Assembly: GCA_964528455.1 (NCBI GenBank)
Contig: CAZGTH010000013.1
Location: forward strand, 85,805-149,804
DNA length: 64,000 nt
From: an uncultured Planctomycetales bacterium
Lineage (GTDB): Bacteria; Planctomycetota; Phycisphaerae; UBA1845; Fen-1342
Direction: 5' to 3'
The notes beneath the pieces are model-generated. The model had not been told where the DNA came from, ran no database searches, and saw only the letters and a program-made list of their open reading frames with translations. Positions within the stretch are counted from its first letter, which is position 1. The number at the start of each line of letters is the position of its first letter. Both the position numbers and the translations under genes were made by a program. Positions 18,570 to 27,967 of the stretch are shown here, piece by piece.

Positions 18570-20942
18570 TTACTTCACATCGATCTTCACGCGATGAATC
18601 CGGCCGGTGAACTTCGTCTCCATGGGGCCGTACCCGATCCCCTCCGCCACAGGCGTCTGGTTGTCGAGCCCGACATCCGCCGTTTCATCGGCAGAGAAGA
18701 TATTGGGTTGCGTGCGACCAATTCGTCCTTCCGCAACCTGTTTCCCGTTGACCGAGATCGTGGCCGTTCCGCCTTTGCCGAAACCGCCCCCGTCGTACGT
18801 GAACTCCAAAACGACCGTCGCCCTGCCCGCCGGTAACGCATTCGGGCTTTCGACCACGAACCGCTCGAGCCCCAGCCAGTTGTACTCGTACGCAGGCTTG
18901 CCCTCGCGCAGGTGCAGCGACCATCCACCATACCGACCGCCTTGAACAAGCAGCGCGCCCGACGCCCCACCTTCCGGAACCTCGATCTCCGCGGTGATGG
19001 TCTTCGAGCGATTCTTCACATTCATGAACGTGTTTTCCATCATGCCGTTCATGCCTTCGTACAGCGTGAGGCTGGTACGCGAACCCATCAGGTCCGGACG
19101 TCCGGCAGTAGCAGGATTAATGCGCTCGCCCACGCGATCATCGATCGGCAGCACGTTGTACTTAGCCGCCTCAGTCATGAATAGCGCCTTTAGTTCGGCA
19201 AGCTTCTCAGGCCGCGTAGAGGCCAGGTTGTTCGCGAGGCTGAAGTCTTCACGCACGTGGTACAAATCCCATGTGTCCTGGGGAAGCGGCTTCTGCGCGC
19301 CGATGTTCCAAGGCGCCCGGTGGATCGTTCGCGCAAACCAGCCATCGCGGTATATCCCGCGGTTTCCAAAAATCTCAAAGTACTGCGTTGTGTGCCGCTC
19401 CGGCGCATCCCCGTCGTTGAACGTGTACACCATGCTCGTTCCCTCGATCGGAACCTGCGCCGTACCGTTGACGATCTTCGGCTCCGGCAGCTTACACGCT
19501 TCCAGGACCGTCGGGGCGACGTCGATGACATGGCTGAACTGCGTACGCAGGCCTCCGCCAGGTTTGATAACGTCCGGCCAGTGAATCACCAGCCCGTTGC
19601 GCGTGCCGCCGAAATCAGAAGCGACCTGCTTGGTCCACTTGAAGGGCGAATCAAAGGCGACAGCCCAGCCGGCCGCCATGTGCGGGAAAGTCGCCGGACT
19701 ACCCCACTTGTCAAGCAGCGGCAGCAGGTCTTCGACCTTCTCCTCGACGCCGTTGAAGTAGGTCATCTCATTGAACATGCCGACCATCCCGCCTTCGGCG
19801 CTCGTGCCGTTGTCCCCGGCAATGTAGAAAATCAGCGTGTTGTCTAATTCGCCGATCGCCTCGAGCGCATCCACAAGGCGACCGACGTGGTGATCGGTGT
19901 GCGCGACGAAACCGGCATACGTCTCGGCTTGCCGGGTGAAAAGCTTGCGCTCATTGTCCGTCAAGCTCTCCCAGGCCTTGATGTCGTCAGGGCGCGGCGG
20001 AAGTTGCGTGTTGGCCGGGATGATACCCGCCCTCTTCTGCCGCTCGTAGCTTGCTCGGCGCACTTCGTCCCAGCCGGAGTCGAACTGCCCTTTGAACTTG
20101 GAGATCCATTCGGCTGGCACATGATGCGGCGCATGCACGGCGCCGGGGGCGAAATACATGAAGAACGGCTTGTCAGGCGTCAGTGACTGCTGCGCCTTCA
20201 TCCAGTTGATTGCCTGCTCGGTCATGTCATCCGTGAAGTGATAACCCTCCACCGCCGGCGGATTCACACGGATAACGCCGTCGAAGATCAGCGGCGACCA
20301 CTGATCCGTCTCGCCGCCGATGAAGCCATAGAACTTGTCAAAACCCTGATGGGTCGGCCACCGGTCAAACGGCCCGGATACGCTCGTCTCCCACGCGGCT
20401 GTCTCGTGCCATTTCCCGAATGCGCCGGTGCTGAAGCCGTTCAGCCGCAACATCTCCGCCAGCGGGGCGACGCGGTTGGGGATGGCGCCCGTGTTGCCCG
20501 GGTACGCCGTGGAGGTCTCCATGATCGAACCGGCGTTGGCGGTGTGGTGGTTGCGACCGCACTTGAGCGCAACGCGCGTGGGCGAGCACAGCGCCGTCGT
20601 ATGAAAGTTGTTGTATCGAAGGCCCGACTTTGCGAGCTTGTCAAGCGCTGGCGTCGGGATCGGCCCGCCGAACGTGGAAGTGGCGCCGAAACCGAGGTCG
20701 TCGATCAGGATAATGATCACGTTCGGCGCGCCGTCGGGCGCGGTCACCTCAAAGCGTGGAGGCGGCTGCGTGTTCCGCACATCCAGTTCGGTGTACCCCG
20801 GGTACGCGGGCTCCGCGATCGGCAAAACGGTACGATCAAAATGATCTGCCGCGGCCTGGTTCGGCTGCCCCAAGGCCGCGTATGGAAGACTGAGCAGCGT
20901 CGTCATAACCAGGCAGACGGCGGTCACATTCACTCGTACCAT
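18570..20942 (-). CDS. Cys-type arylsulfatase (large AtsA-like form with C-terminal extension)
   Basis: The CSPTR signature (the Cys converted to formylglycine) and IIILIDDLGFG are visible. A C-terminal extension of about 200 aa follows the sulfatase core. The start is chosen at MVRVNV with a signal peptide. Confidence 0.85.
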   Translation of the reverse strand: MVRVNVTAVCLVMTTLLSLPYAALGQPNQAAADHFDRTVLPIAEPAYPGYTELDVRNTQPPPRFEVTAPDGAPNVIIILIDDLGFGATSTFGGPIPTPALDKLAKSGLRYNNFHTTALCSPTRVALKCGRNHHTANAGSIMETSTAYPGNTGAIPNRVAPLAEMLRLNGFSTGAFGKWHETAAWETSVSGPFDRWPTHQGFDKFYGFIGGETDQWSPLIFDGVIRVNPPAVEGYHFTDDMTEQAINWMKAQQSLTPDKPFFMYFAPGAVHAPHHVPAEWISKFKGQFDSGWDEVRRASYERQKRAGIIPANTQLPPRPDDIKAWESLTDNERKLFTRQAETYAGFVAHTDHHVGRLVDALEAIGELDNTLIFYIAGDNGTSAEGGMVGMFNEMTYFNGVEEKVEDLLPLLDKWGSPATFPHMAAGWAVAFDSPFKWTKQVASDFGGTRNGLVIHWPDVIKPGGGLRTQFSHVIDVAPTVLEACKLPEPKIVNGTAQVPIEGTSMVYTFNDGDAPERHTTQYFEIFGNRGIYRDGWFARTIHRAPWNIGAQKPLPQDTWDLYHVREDFSLANNLASTRPEKLAELKALFMTEAAKYNVLPIDDRVGERINPATAGRPDLMGSRTSLTLYEGMNGMMENTFMNVKNRSKTITAEIEVPEGGASGALLVQGGRYGGWSLHLREGKPAYEYNWLGLERFVVESPNALPAGRATVVLEFTYDGGGFGKGGTATISVNGKQVAEGRIGRTQPNIFSADETADVGLDNQTPVAEGIGYGPMETKFTGRIHRVKIDVK

Positions 20943-21118
20943 CAAGGTCCCCTCGGAGTTTGAGTCGAACCAGCGCGCTGGCAGGCGCCGAGTCACATCG
21001 AAAGCCGCGTAGACGACAAGCCTGACGCGATCCCGCGTCACATGTTCGATGACGATAAGCGCTGGTCGCCGTTCTTACAATGCGCGCAGGCCACGGGTTT
21101 CTTTCCGCTTCGATCCGC

Positions 21119-22288
21119 TCATTCGCCGGCCTCGTTCGATTTTGCCTTCTTTGTCGATGACGGTCGGCCCGAAGCGGGCGCATCCGCCGCGCAGCGGAAC
21201 CCCGTATGGCTGAGTCCCGTGTCGGGTGATGACGCCATCCTGGCGCTCGGTCGATAGCTCGCGCAATACGAGTCGTGACACAGGAACGAACCGCCCCGCA
21301 TGACGCGCAGAACAGGCTCGTGCGGATTGCGGGGATCGAATGAGCGCGTCGGTCCGGTCGGATCAGATGTGATTCCCTGCGGCCCGCTCTCGCGCACTCG
21401 ACGGGCATACGTGTCCGGGTGATAGAGATCGCTGCACCACTCCCAGACATTCCCGGCCATATCGTACAAGCCGTAACCATTGGCCGGGAACGACTTCACG
21501 GGCGCCGCCCCTTTGAAACCGTCCTTTCCGAGGTCTTCATTCGGGAAAACGCCCTGCCAGGTATTCGCGCGCGTCGGGTCGATCGGTTCGTCTCCCCAGG
21601 AATTGACCTTTCCGTCCAGTCCGCCGCGCGCCGCGTACTCCCACTCCGCCTCTGTCGGCAGCCGCTTTCCTGCCCACGCGCAATACGCCAGCGCATCTTC
21701 ATAGGCGATATGAACCACAGGATGGTCAGCGCGACCACTGAGCGACGAGCCGGGCCCTTCCGGCCGGCGCCAGCTTGCCCCGTCCACCCACCGCCACCAC
21801 TGGGAGTGGTGACGCAGATCCACAGGACCCGCCGGCGAAGCGAACACCAGTGAGCCGGGAAGCAGGTCTTCGGGCGCCGGCTTCGGTGTGCCCGGCGCGG
21901 CCTGCTTTTTCATCTGCTCCCAGTCGAGCGGTCGCTCCGCGACGGTCTTGTAATCTGTCGCGTCGACAAACGCGCGAAACTGCGCGTTCGTGACCTCCGT
22001 CTGATCCAGCCAGAACCCCTTGACGCGCACGCGATGGACCGGCGACTCGTCAGGTCGGGCAAGCGGATCGGTCGATCCCATACTGAACTCACCGCCGACG
22101 ATCCAGACCATCCCGGCCAACGACCTGGCGCTTTTTGTGCGCCGGCCCGCCTCATCCCCCTTGGCGGGAGAGGCTGGCGGCGAAGCCTGCGCCAGCGCAG
22201 GACCGACTCCACCGCGCGAGACGTCAACCCGCGCGATTCCGACCACCAGTAGCCCTGCCACCGCAATGCGTACCGCGTTATCAATCAT
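21119..22288 (-). CDS. Formylglycine-generating enzyme family protein (second paralog)
   Basis: It carries the same FGE motifs as 16206..17360 (RLPTEAEWEYAARGG, YDMAGNVWEW). It sits on the same strand directly upstream of the sulfatase. Confidence 0.85.
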   Translation of the reverse strand: MIDNAVRIAVAGLLVVGIARVDVSRGGVGPALAQASPPASPAKGDEAGRRTKSARSLAGMVWIVGGEFSMGSTDPLARPDESPVHRVRVKGFWLDQTEVTNAQFRAFVDATDYKTVAERPLDWEQMKKQAAPGTPKPAPEDLLPGSLVFASPAGPVDLRHHSQWWRWVDGASWRRPEGPGSSLSGRADHPVVHIAYEDALAYCAWAGKRLPTEAEWEYAARGGLDGKVNSWGDEPIDPTRANTWQGVFPNEDLGKDGFKGAAPVKSFPANGYGLYDMAGNVWEWCSDLYHPDTYARRVRESGPQGITSDPTGPTRSFDPRNPHEPVLRVMRGGSFLCHDSYCASYRPSARMASSPDTGLSHTGFRCAADAPASGRPSSTKKAKSNEAGE

Positions 22289-22479
22289 TCCTGCTTCTCC
22301 CGATTCTCAACGCCCGCATGTCGCCGTCCGCCCTGCCCCTCCGAGGCAGATGTTCCGCGCTTGAACTCGGTTGCGCCGCGGTCGGCTAGGGACCGCTCCA
22401 CCCAGGGCGATCACCCTGCGCCCCTTCGGCGCGAGCGAGCATGGGACGTGATCGTCAATCAGAACCTGGCCGCATCGAA

Positions 22480-23448
22480 CTACCGGCAATCCTCGCCAAA
22501 CTGCGCCAGCAAGCCCGCGAGATCTTCCAGCGTGACCGCGTCGTCGCCGGTGCAATCGCCTGCGACGCCCGGCTGACCCGAAACGCCAAAGTTCGCCAGC
22601 AGCCCCGCCAAGTCGCTCAGATCGATCAGGCAGTCGCCGGTGATATCGCAGGAGCACGCCGCCGGGCACCCCTCCGGGTCTTCCGCGATGTACGCGGCGT
22701 TCGTATCGAATGACGATGTGGATGTCGTCGTATAGGTCGCCTCGGAGAAATACAGCGTCGCGGTGTCGGCGACCGCGTCATATTCGATCAGATCGCCATC
22801 CAGAAACGCGACGCCGCTGACGACTTCATCCGTCGCGGTCGAAAACACGTAATGCCCGTTGGACAGTCGATGCAGGGCGTCGATATCGCCGTCGCCATCA
22901 TCAAAAATCGCGGCTTCGTCCACGAGCTCCGTCGCGGTGTCGGCGTTCGGGTCATACTGCACAATGTCGCCATCGGTGAAGCTCAACCCGCGCAGCGTCT
23001 GAGCGCCGAACGTCGACAGCAGAATCTTGCCGTCATCCGCGACGTATACCGCGCTGATGTCGGGGTTCTCCCCGGAAAAGTCGGCTTCGCCCAGGAAGTA
23101 GATTTGCGCAACGTCCGCGACCGGGTCATACACCACCAGATCACCGTCATCGAACGTCAATCCGCCCAGCGTCCGCCCGTTGAACAACACGCTGAGCACG
23201 ATCCGCCCGTCGGGCAGCAGGTGAAACGCCGTGATATCGACACTGGTCCCGCCGAAGAGGTCTTCGTTGAAGAAAATCGTCGCGGAATTCGGATCGCCCA
23301 TCTCGAACCGCACGACATCACCGTCACGAAAGACGAGCGGGCCGATCTGCGTGTCGAGATTGTCGAGGACGGAGACATAAAGGGTGTCGGCGGTCGTGGT
23401 GGCGGTCAGGACGATAGCGAGAGCAAAAGCGGTGAGCAGGCGAGTCAC
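22480..23448 (-). CDS. Secreted repeat protein with a C-terminal tandem dockerin-like module
   Basis: A signal peptide is present. Five repeats of about 45 aa carry DGDxVxYDPxADTAT. The C-terminus has two copies of DxxDLAGLLAxFG bracketed by Cys residues. Confidence 0.6.
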   Translation of the reverse strand: MTRLLTAFALAIVLTATTTADTLYVSVLDNLDTQIGPLVFRDGDVVRFEMGDPNSATIFFNEDLFGGTSVDITAFHLLPDGRIVLSVLFNGRTLGGLTFDDGDLVVYDPVADVAQIYFLGEADFSGENPDISAVYVADDGKILLSTFGAQTLRGLSFTDGDIVQYDPNADTATELVDEAAIFDDGDGDIDALHRLSNGHYVFSTATDEVVSGVAFLDGDLIEYDAVADTATLYFSEATYTTTSTSSFDTNAAYIAEDPEGCPAACSCDITGDCLIDLSDLAGLLANFGVSGQPGVAGDCTGDDAVTLEDLAGLLAQFGEDCR

Positions 23449-23466
23449 GGTTTCCCCCCGAGTGCT

Positions 23467-23721
23467 TTACTTAATTTCGGCCGGACTTACCGGATAAATC
23501 AGACTAATCAAGCTCTTTTCTTCGTTTGACAATTGCGTGCGGTCGACAATATTCCAGAGCTTATCCTGCTTTTCCTGTTCACTCATCGCGTCGAACTGAC
23601 GCGAAACCACGACGACGTGGATGTTGTCCTGATAGCCGTCACTGATGTCGACGGTGTCCTCCGGAAACTCGTTCCGGAATGCCTTAGTAAGAATGGACTT
23701 AATCTCGTTGCGATCTCGCAT
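23467..23721 (-). CDS. Small BolA-like fold protein (divergent, without the canonical His residues)
   Basis: The 84-aa protein follows a BolA-like pattern (IKSILTKAF..PEDTVDISDGY..NIHVVVVSRQFDAMSEQEKQDKLWNIV..SLISLIYPVSPAEIK). Local GC is about 50%, against about 67% for the window. Confidence 0.35.
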   Translation of the reverse strand: MRDRNEIKSILTKAFRNEFPEDTVDISDGYQDNIHVVVVSRQFDAMSEQEKQDKLWNIVDRTQLSNEEKSLISLIYPVSPAEIK

Positions 23722-23745
23722 CGTAGGCGCCCCTTGCTCCGTTCG

Positions 23746-24189
23746 TCATGCCCGATTGGCGTCGAGCCACCGATATACCCGCTCAACTGCCTCGACGAAC
23801 TTGGAGGTCCAATCGACATTCAGCGGCGCGGGATTGTAACGCCAAGCGGGCTTCCATAGATTCACGTGGCTCGCGAACAACCTCCAATTGTCTTTCGACT
23901 CCCGCAACGAACGGTTCAGTCGAGGCATGGTCGATAGCAGGGCTTCAAGCCCGTGGGTATATAAGGCGTTGTCGGAAGCGCCCAGTTTCAGCGCGAGTTC
24001 GTTCAGATTCCAGCAGTTATGCATCTCGAGCGCGACCGCCTTTAGCTTGCATTCTATCGCATAGCCGGCGAGATATGCCGCGCCTCGACAATGTGACTCT
24101 CCTGCGGCTAGAAGTTTGCGAGCGTCCGATAGTCGATGTCGCCCGACCTTGCGCAGCTCGGTTCGTCCGCTGTGAAGCCGTCGATTCAC
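23746..24189 (-). CDS. HEPN-domain-like protein
   Basis: An N-terminal helix pair (AAYLAGYAIECKLKAVAL) and an R-x4-H motif (WRLFASH) are visible. GC is about 56%. The start is uncertain: the ATG at 24237 overlaps icd, so a GTG at 24189 is proposed. Confidence 0.4.
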   Translation of the reverse strand: MNRRLHSGRTELRKVGRHRLSDARKLLAAGESHCRGAAYLAGYAIECKLKAVALEMHNCWNLNELALKLGASDNALYTHGLEALLSTMPRLNRSLRESKDNWRLFASHVNLWKPAWRYNPAPLNVDWTSKFVEAVERVYRWLDANRA

Positions 24190-24194
24190 GGTTC

Positions 24195-25454
24195 TCACCC
24201 CATATGCTTCACAACCGCCGCCCCAAATTCCGAGCACTTCAGCAACTTCGCGCCTTCCATCAGCCGCTCAAAATCATACGTCACCGTCTTCGCCGAGATC
24301 GCGCCTTCGACGCCTTTGACGATCAGGTCCGCCGCCTCGGTCCAGCCCATGTGCCGCAGCATCATCTCCCCCGACAGAATCACGCTGCCGGGGTTCACCT
24401 TGTCCTGGTCGGCGTACTTCGGCGCGGTGCCGTGCGTGGCTTCGAAGATCGCGTGGCCGGTGACGTAATTGATGTTCCCACCCGGAGCGATGCCGATGCC
24501 GCCGACGCACGCCGCCAGCGCATCGGAGATGTAGTCGCCGTTGAGGTTCATGGTCGCGATCACGTCGTAGTCCGCCGGACGGGTCAGCAGCTGCTGCAGA
24601 AACGCGTCGGCGATCACATCCTTGATGACGATCTCAGCCCCGGTCTTCGGGTGCTTGGCGACATGCCATGGGCCGCCGTCGAGCGGCTTGGCGCCGAATT
24701 CCTCGGCGCAGGTCGCGTAGCCCCAGTCACGGAACGCCCCTTCCGTGAACTTCATGATGTTGCCCTTGTGCACCAGTGTCAGCGACTTGCGGTTGTTGTC
24801 GATCACATACTGCATCGCCGCCCGCACCAGCCGCGTCGTGCCTTCCTTGCTCACCGGTTTGATGCCGATGCCGGATGTCTCCGGGAAGCGAATCTTCTTG
24901 AACCGCGGCGTGAACGCCTCGGCGAACATCTTCTTGAAGCGCGTGCAGTCCTCACTGCCGGCTTCAAACTCGATGCCCGCGTAAATGTCCTCCGAGTTCT
25001 CGCGGAAGATCACCATGTCGGTGTCCTCCGGCCGCTTCACCGGGCTCGGCACGCCCTTGAACCAGCGCACCGGGCGCAGACACGTGTACAGGTCCAGCGT
25101 CTGCCGCAGCGCGACATTCAGCGAACGAATCCCGCCGCCCACCGGCGTCGTCAGCGGCCCCTTGATGCCGACCAGAAACTCGCGAAACGCCTCGACCGTC
25201 TCGTCCGGCAGCCACTCATTGAATTTGTTGAACGACGACTCGCCGGCGAAGACCTCCATCCATGAGATTTTCCGCTTCCCGCCATAAGCCTTCTCGACGG
25301 CGGCGTCGAAAACGACCTCGGACGCGGCCCAGATGTCCGGCCCGGTGCCGTCGCCCCGAATGAACGGCAGAATCGGGTGATTCGGCACGGTCAGCTTGCC
25401 GTTCGAGATCGAAATCCGCTCGCCCGCGGGCACGGTGGTGGTCTTGTAGGCCAT
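24195..25454 (-). CDS. icd: NADP-dependent isocitrate dehydrogenase
   Basis: The 419-aa protein shows typical prokaryotic IDH motifs ([22 protein letters not shown]). Confidence 0.9.
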   Translation of the reverse strand: MAYKTTTVPAGERISISNGKLTVPNHPILPFIRGDGTGPDIWAASEVVFDAAVEKAYGGKRKISWMEVFAGESSFNKFNEWLPDETVEAFREFLVGIKGPLTTPVGGGIRSLNVALRQTLDLYTCLRPVRWFKGVPSPVKRPEDTDMVIFRENSEDIYAGIEFEAGSEDCTRFKKMFAEAFTPRFKKIRFPETSGIGIKPVSKEGTTRLVRAAMQYVIDNNRKSLTLVHKGNIMKFTEGAFRDWGYATCAEEFGAKPLDGGPWHVAKHPKTGAEIVIKDVIADAFLQQLLTRPADYDVIATMNLNGDYISDALAACVGGIGIAPGGNINYVTGHAIFEATHGTAPKYADQDKVNPGSVILSGEMMLRHMGWTEAADLIVKGVEGAISAKTVTYDFERLMEGAKLLKCSEFGAAVVKHMG

Positions 25455-25721
25455 ATTCGGTCGCTCCTTGAATGTCGTCCTGGACGGCGCGCAGATTCCG
25501 CGCGGCTGGTCCGTAATCCGCTTTGCCTCTCCAATGCATGCGCAGTGGCTATCGCCGATGTCCGCTACATGCCGATCGGTTCATCAGCGTAGTGCGAGAG
25601 CGACGAGTTGACCAGTTGGCGGCCCGATCGACGGCGGCTCCCCGTGCGATCGCGGTATACTCCTGATAAATGACCACCCCGCCGCGGCCCGACCCCGGCG
25701 GACGCCCGATCGGCGGAATCG

Positions 25722-27188
25722 ATGTCACAGACGCTCTCCCAAGTCCCCCAGCAACTGCTCAGCCAGCAGCAACGGCTGACGCCGCAGTTGATTCAGGCGA
25801 TGGACATCCTCCAGTTGCCACTCGTGGCGCTCGAGGAGCGGATCGAGCAGGAGCTGGACAGCAACCCCGCCCTCGAACGGGCGGCCGACGATCTCGAGCC
25901 CGGCGCCGCCCCGGAAGCGATCGACCGCTCCGACGACGAGCGGGCGATGGTCCTCAACGGCGACGACTCCGCCGAAGATTTTGCCCGGCTCGACTCGCTC
26001 GTGTCGGAGTACGACTGGATCGAGGACGAGGAGTTTCGCCCGAGTCGCTCCGCCGCCAGTCTGGCCGAAGCCGGCGACGCCAAGCTCGAAGCGATGGCCC
26101 GCGCCCCCGCCCGGCCGACCAGCCTGCGGGATTTTCTGCTCGAACAATGGTCCCTGATTGATCTCGACGACACGACCCGCGCCATTGGTGGCGCGATCAT
26201 CGACGAGATCGACGAGCGCGGCCGACTGGCGACGTCGGTCGAATCGCTGGCCGAACGGCTGGATCAACCGATCGCGCGGGTCAAAGACGCGCTCGCGCGG
26301 GTGCAATCGCTGGAGCCGATCGGCGTCGGCGCGCGCGACCTGGCGGAGTGTCTGCTGCTGCAACTGGAACACGCGCCTTACAACAGCGAACTCGAAACCC
26401 GCATCATCGAAGAGCGCTTCGATGACCTGCAGCGCAATCGCCTGCCCCAGATCGCCAAGTCGTTCGGCGTGGCGCTGGAGGATGTCAAGGCCGCGGTCGA
26501 TCGAATCGCGCGGCTCTCGATGCACCCCGGTCACGACTTTGCAGAGCGCGCCGCGCCGGGCATCGTCCCGGATCTGATCGTCGAGTTTGATGAGGAAGAA
26601 GGCCGCTATGTGGCCCGCCTGGCGCGTGGCAACCAGCGCGAGCTGCGCATCTCGCCGGAATTCCGCCGCCTGCTCGAGCGCGCCCGACATGACAAATCCG
26701 TCCGCGACTTCGCCCGCCAGAAAGTTGAACAGGCGTCCGCCATCATCGACGCGCTCCGTTTCCGGCGCGAACGACTGGTGCAGGTCGCGCAAGCCGCGGT
26801 TGACGCCCAGCGCGACTTCTTCGAGCGCGGCGACCAGCATCTGACCGTGCTGCGCATGAGCGACCTGGCCGAACGCTTCGGCTGCGACCCTTCTACCATT
26901 TCGCGGACGGTCGACGAGAAATGGATGCAGACGCCGCGCGGCGTGATCCCGCTGCGCCGCCTGTTCACCGGCGGCACCGAATCGGAAGACGGCGAGGCGC
27001 TCGGCTGGGAAAGCGTGAAGGCCCATGTGCGCGAGATCATCGAAAACGAAGACCGCGCCAAGCCGCTCAGTGACGACCAGATTGTCAAACAGCTCAGCGC
27101 AGCCGGCATCGAAATCAAACGCCGCACGGTCGCGAAGTATCGTTCGCAAATGGGAATCCCGACCGCGCGACAGCGCAAACAGCACTGA
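25722..27188 (+). CDS. rpoN: RNA polymerase sigma-54 factor
   Basis: There is a Gln-rich N-terminus (LLSQQQRLTPQL). The RpoN box ARRTVAKYR is near the C-terminus. Confidence 0.9.
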   Translation: MSQTLSQVPQQLLSQQQRLTPQLIQAMDILQLPLVALEERIEQELDSNPALERAADDLEPGAAPEAIDRSDDERAMVLNGDDSAEDFARLDSLVSEYDWIEDEEFRPSRSAASLAEAGDAKLEAMARAPARPTSLRDFLLEQWSLIDLDDTTRAIGGAIIDEIDERGRLATSVESLAERLDQPIARVKDALARVQSLEPIGVGARDLAECLLLQLEHAPYNSELETRIIEERFDDLQRNRLPQIAKSFGVALEDVKAAVDRIARLSMHPGHDFAERAAPGIVPDLIVEFDEEEGRYVARLARGNQRELRISPEFRRLLERARHDKSVRDFARQKVEQASAIIDALRFRRERLVQVAQAAVDAQRDFFERGDQHLTVLRMSDLAERFGCDPSTISRTVDEKWMQTPRGVIPLRRLFTGGTESEDGEALGWESVKAHVREIIENEDRAKPLSDDQIVKQLSAAGIEIKRRTVAKYRSQMGIPTARQRKQH

Positions 27189-27228
27189 GCCTCCCGGCGT
27201 CACCATAGACGCGGCTCGCAACTAACTT

Positions 27229-27313
27229 GTAGGCTGGGCGCCGCCCAGCTTCGCTCGGACAAAGCGCTCGCGCGCAAGGGAACCCGCAAGAAGCTGGGCG
27301 GCGCCCAGCCTAC
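27229..27313. repeat. REP-like palindromic element (family 1) followed by a T-tract
   Basis: The left arm GTAGGCTGGGCGCCGCCCAGCTTC and the right arm GAAGCTGGGCGGCGCCCAGCCTAC form a near-perfect inverted repeat around a GC-rich loop. A TTTTTT run follows at 27318-27323. The element lies immediately 3' of rpoN. Confidence 0.6.
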
Positions 27314-27376
27314 GCGCTTTTTTCGCAAAACGAGACGCGCGCGTGCGTCGAGTCGATCCGCCCGTCGGGAGGCCCC

Positions 27377-27958
27377 ATGAACCATTGGTACGCCCGCGCC
27401 GCCGTCCTGCTCGCGAGCATCGCCCTCGTCGCGATTCGCGCCCCGCACGGCGGCCGCAGCCTCAAGGTCCCGGTGCGGAAGAGCTACAAAGGCGCACTGG
27501 AGAAAGCGCTCCTCACGCTGGCGTGGATCAGCTTCTTCGTGCCGCTCCTCTGGGTCGTCTCCCCCCTGCTGGCGTTCGCGGATTACCCGCTACGACCGCC
27601 GGCGTTCTTTACCGGCGTCGCGGCGTACATCATCGGCCTGTACATGTTTCACCGCTCACACGTCGACCTCGGGACCAACTGGTCCATCTCGCTCGAAGTC
27701 CGCGAAACGCATGCGCTGGTCACACACGGCGTCTACGCCCGCGTGCAGCACCCGATGTACACCGCCCTATTGCTCTTCGGCGTCGGCCAGGCGCTCGTGC
27801 TGCCAAATTACCTGGCCGGCCCGTCGTATCTGGTCGTCATGACGCTGCTGATCGCCGTCCGACTGCCGCAGGAAGAACGCATGATGCGGGCGGAGTTTGG
27901 TGCCGCGTATGACGAGTATCGCCGGCATACCAAGCGGCTGATTCCGGGCGTGTTCTGA
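27377..27958 (+). CDS. Isoprenylcysteine carboxyl methyltransferase (ICMT/PEMT) family membrane protein
   Basis: It has multiple TM helices. The C-terminal ICMT-like motif is HGVYARVQHPMYTALLL...RLPQEERMMRAEFG. Confidence 0.7.
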   Translation: MNHWYARAAVLLASIALVAIRAPHGGRSLKVPVRKSYKGALEKALLTLAWISFFVPLLWVVSPLLAFADYPLRPPAFFTGVAAYIIGLYMFHRSHVDLGTNWSISLEVRETHALVTHGVYARVQHPMYTALLLFGVGQALVLPNYLAGPSYLVVMTLLIAVRLPQEERMMRAEFGAAYDEYRRHTKRLIPGVF

Positions 27959-27967
27959 GCGAGCCAA

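Noticed and set aside
20090-20120. TGGCAC motifs resembling the sigma-54 -24 element (also at about 60291 and within the 50-bp repeat).
   Set aside because: They lie inside coding regions or lack a properly spaced TTGC -12 element.
25725-27221. A 498-aa ORF antisense to rpoN. Many other long antisense or overlapping ORFs also appear (e.g. 11775..12605 -, 14066..15406 -, 23748..25265 +, 45683..47275 +, 8972..10060 -).
   Set aside because: These are high-GC artefacts. They have Arg/Ala/Pro-rich, low-complexity translations, and each lies opposite a gene with clear family motifs.
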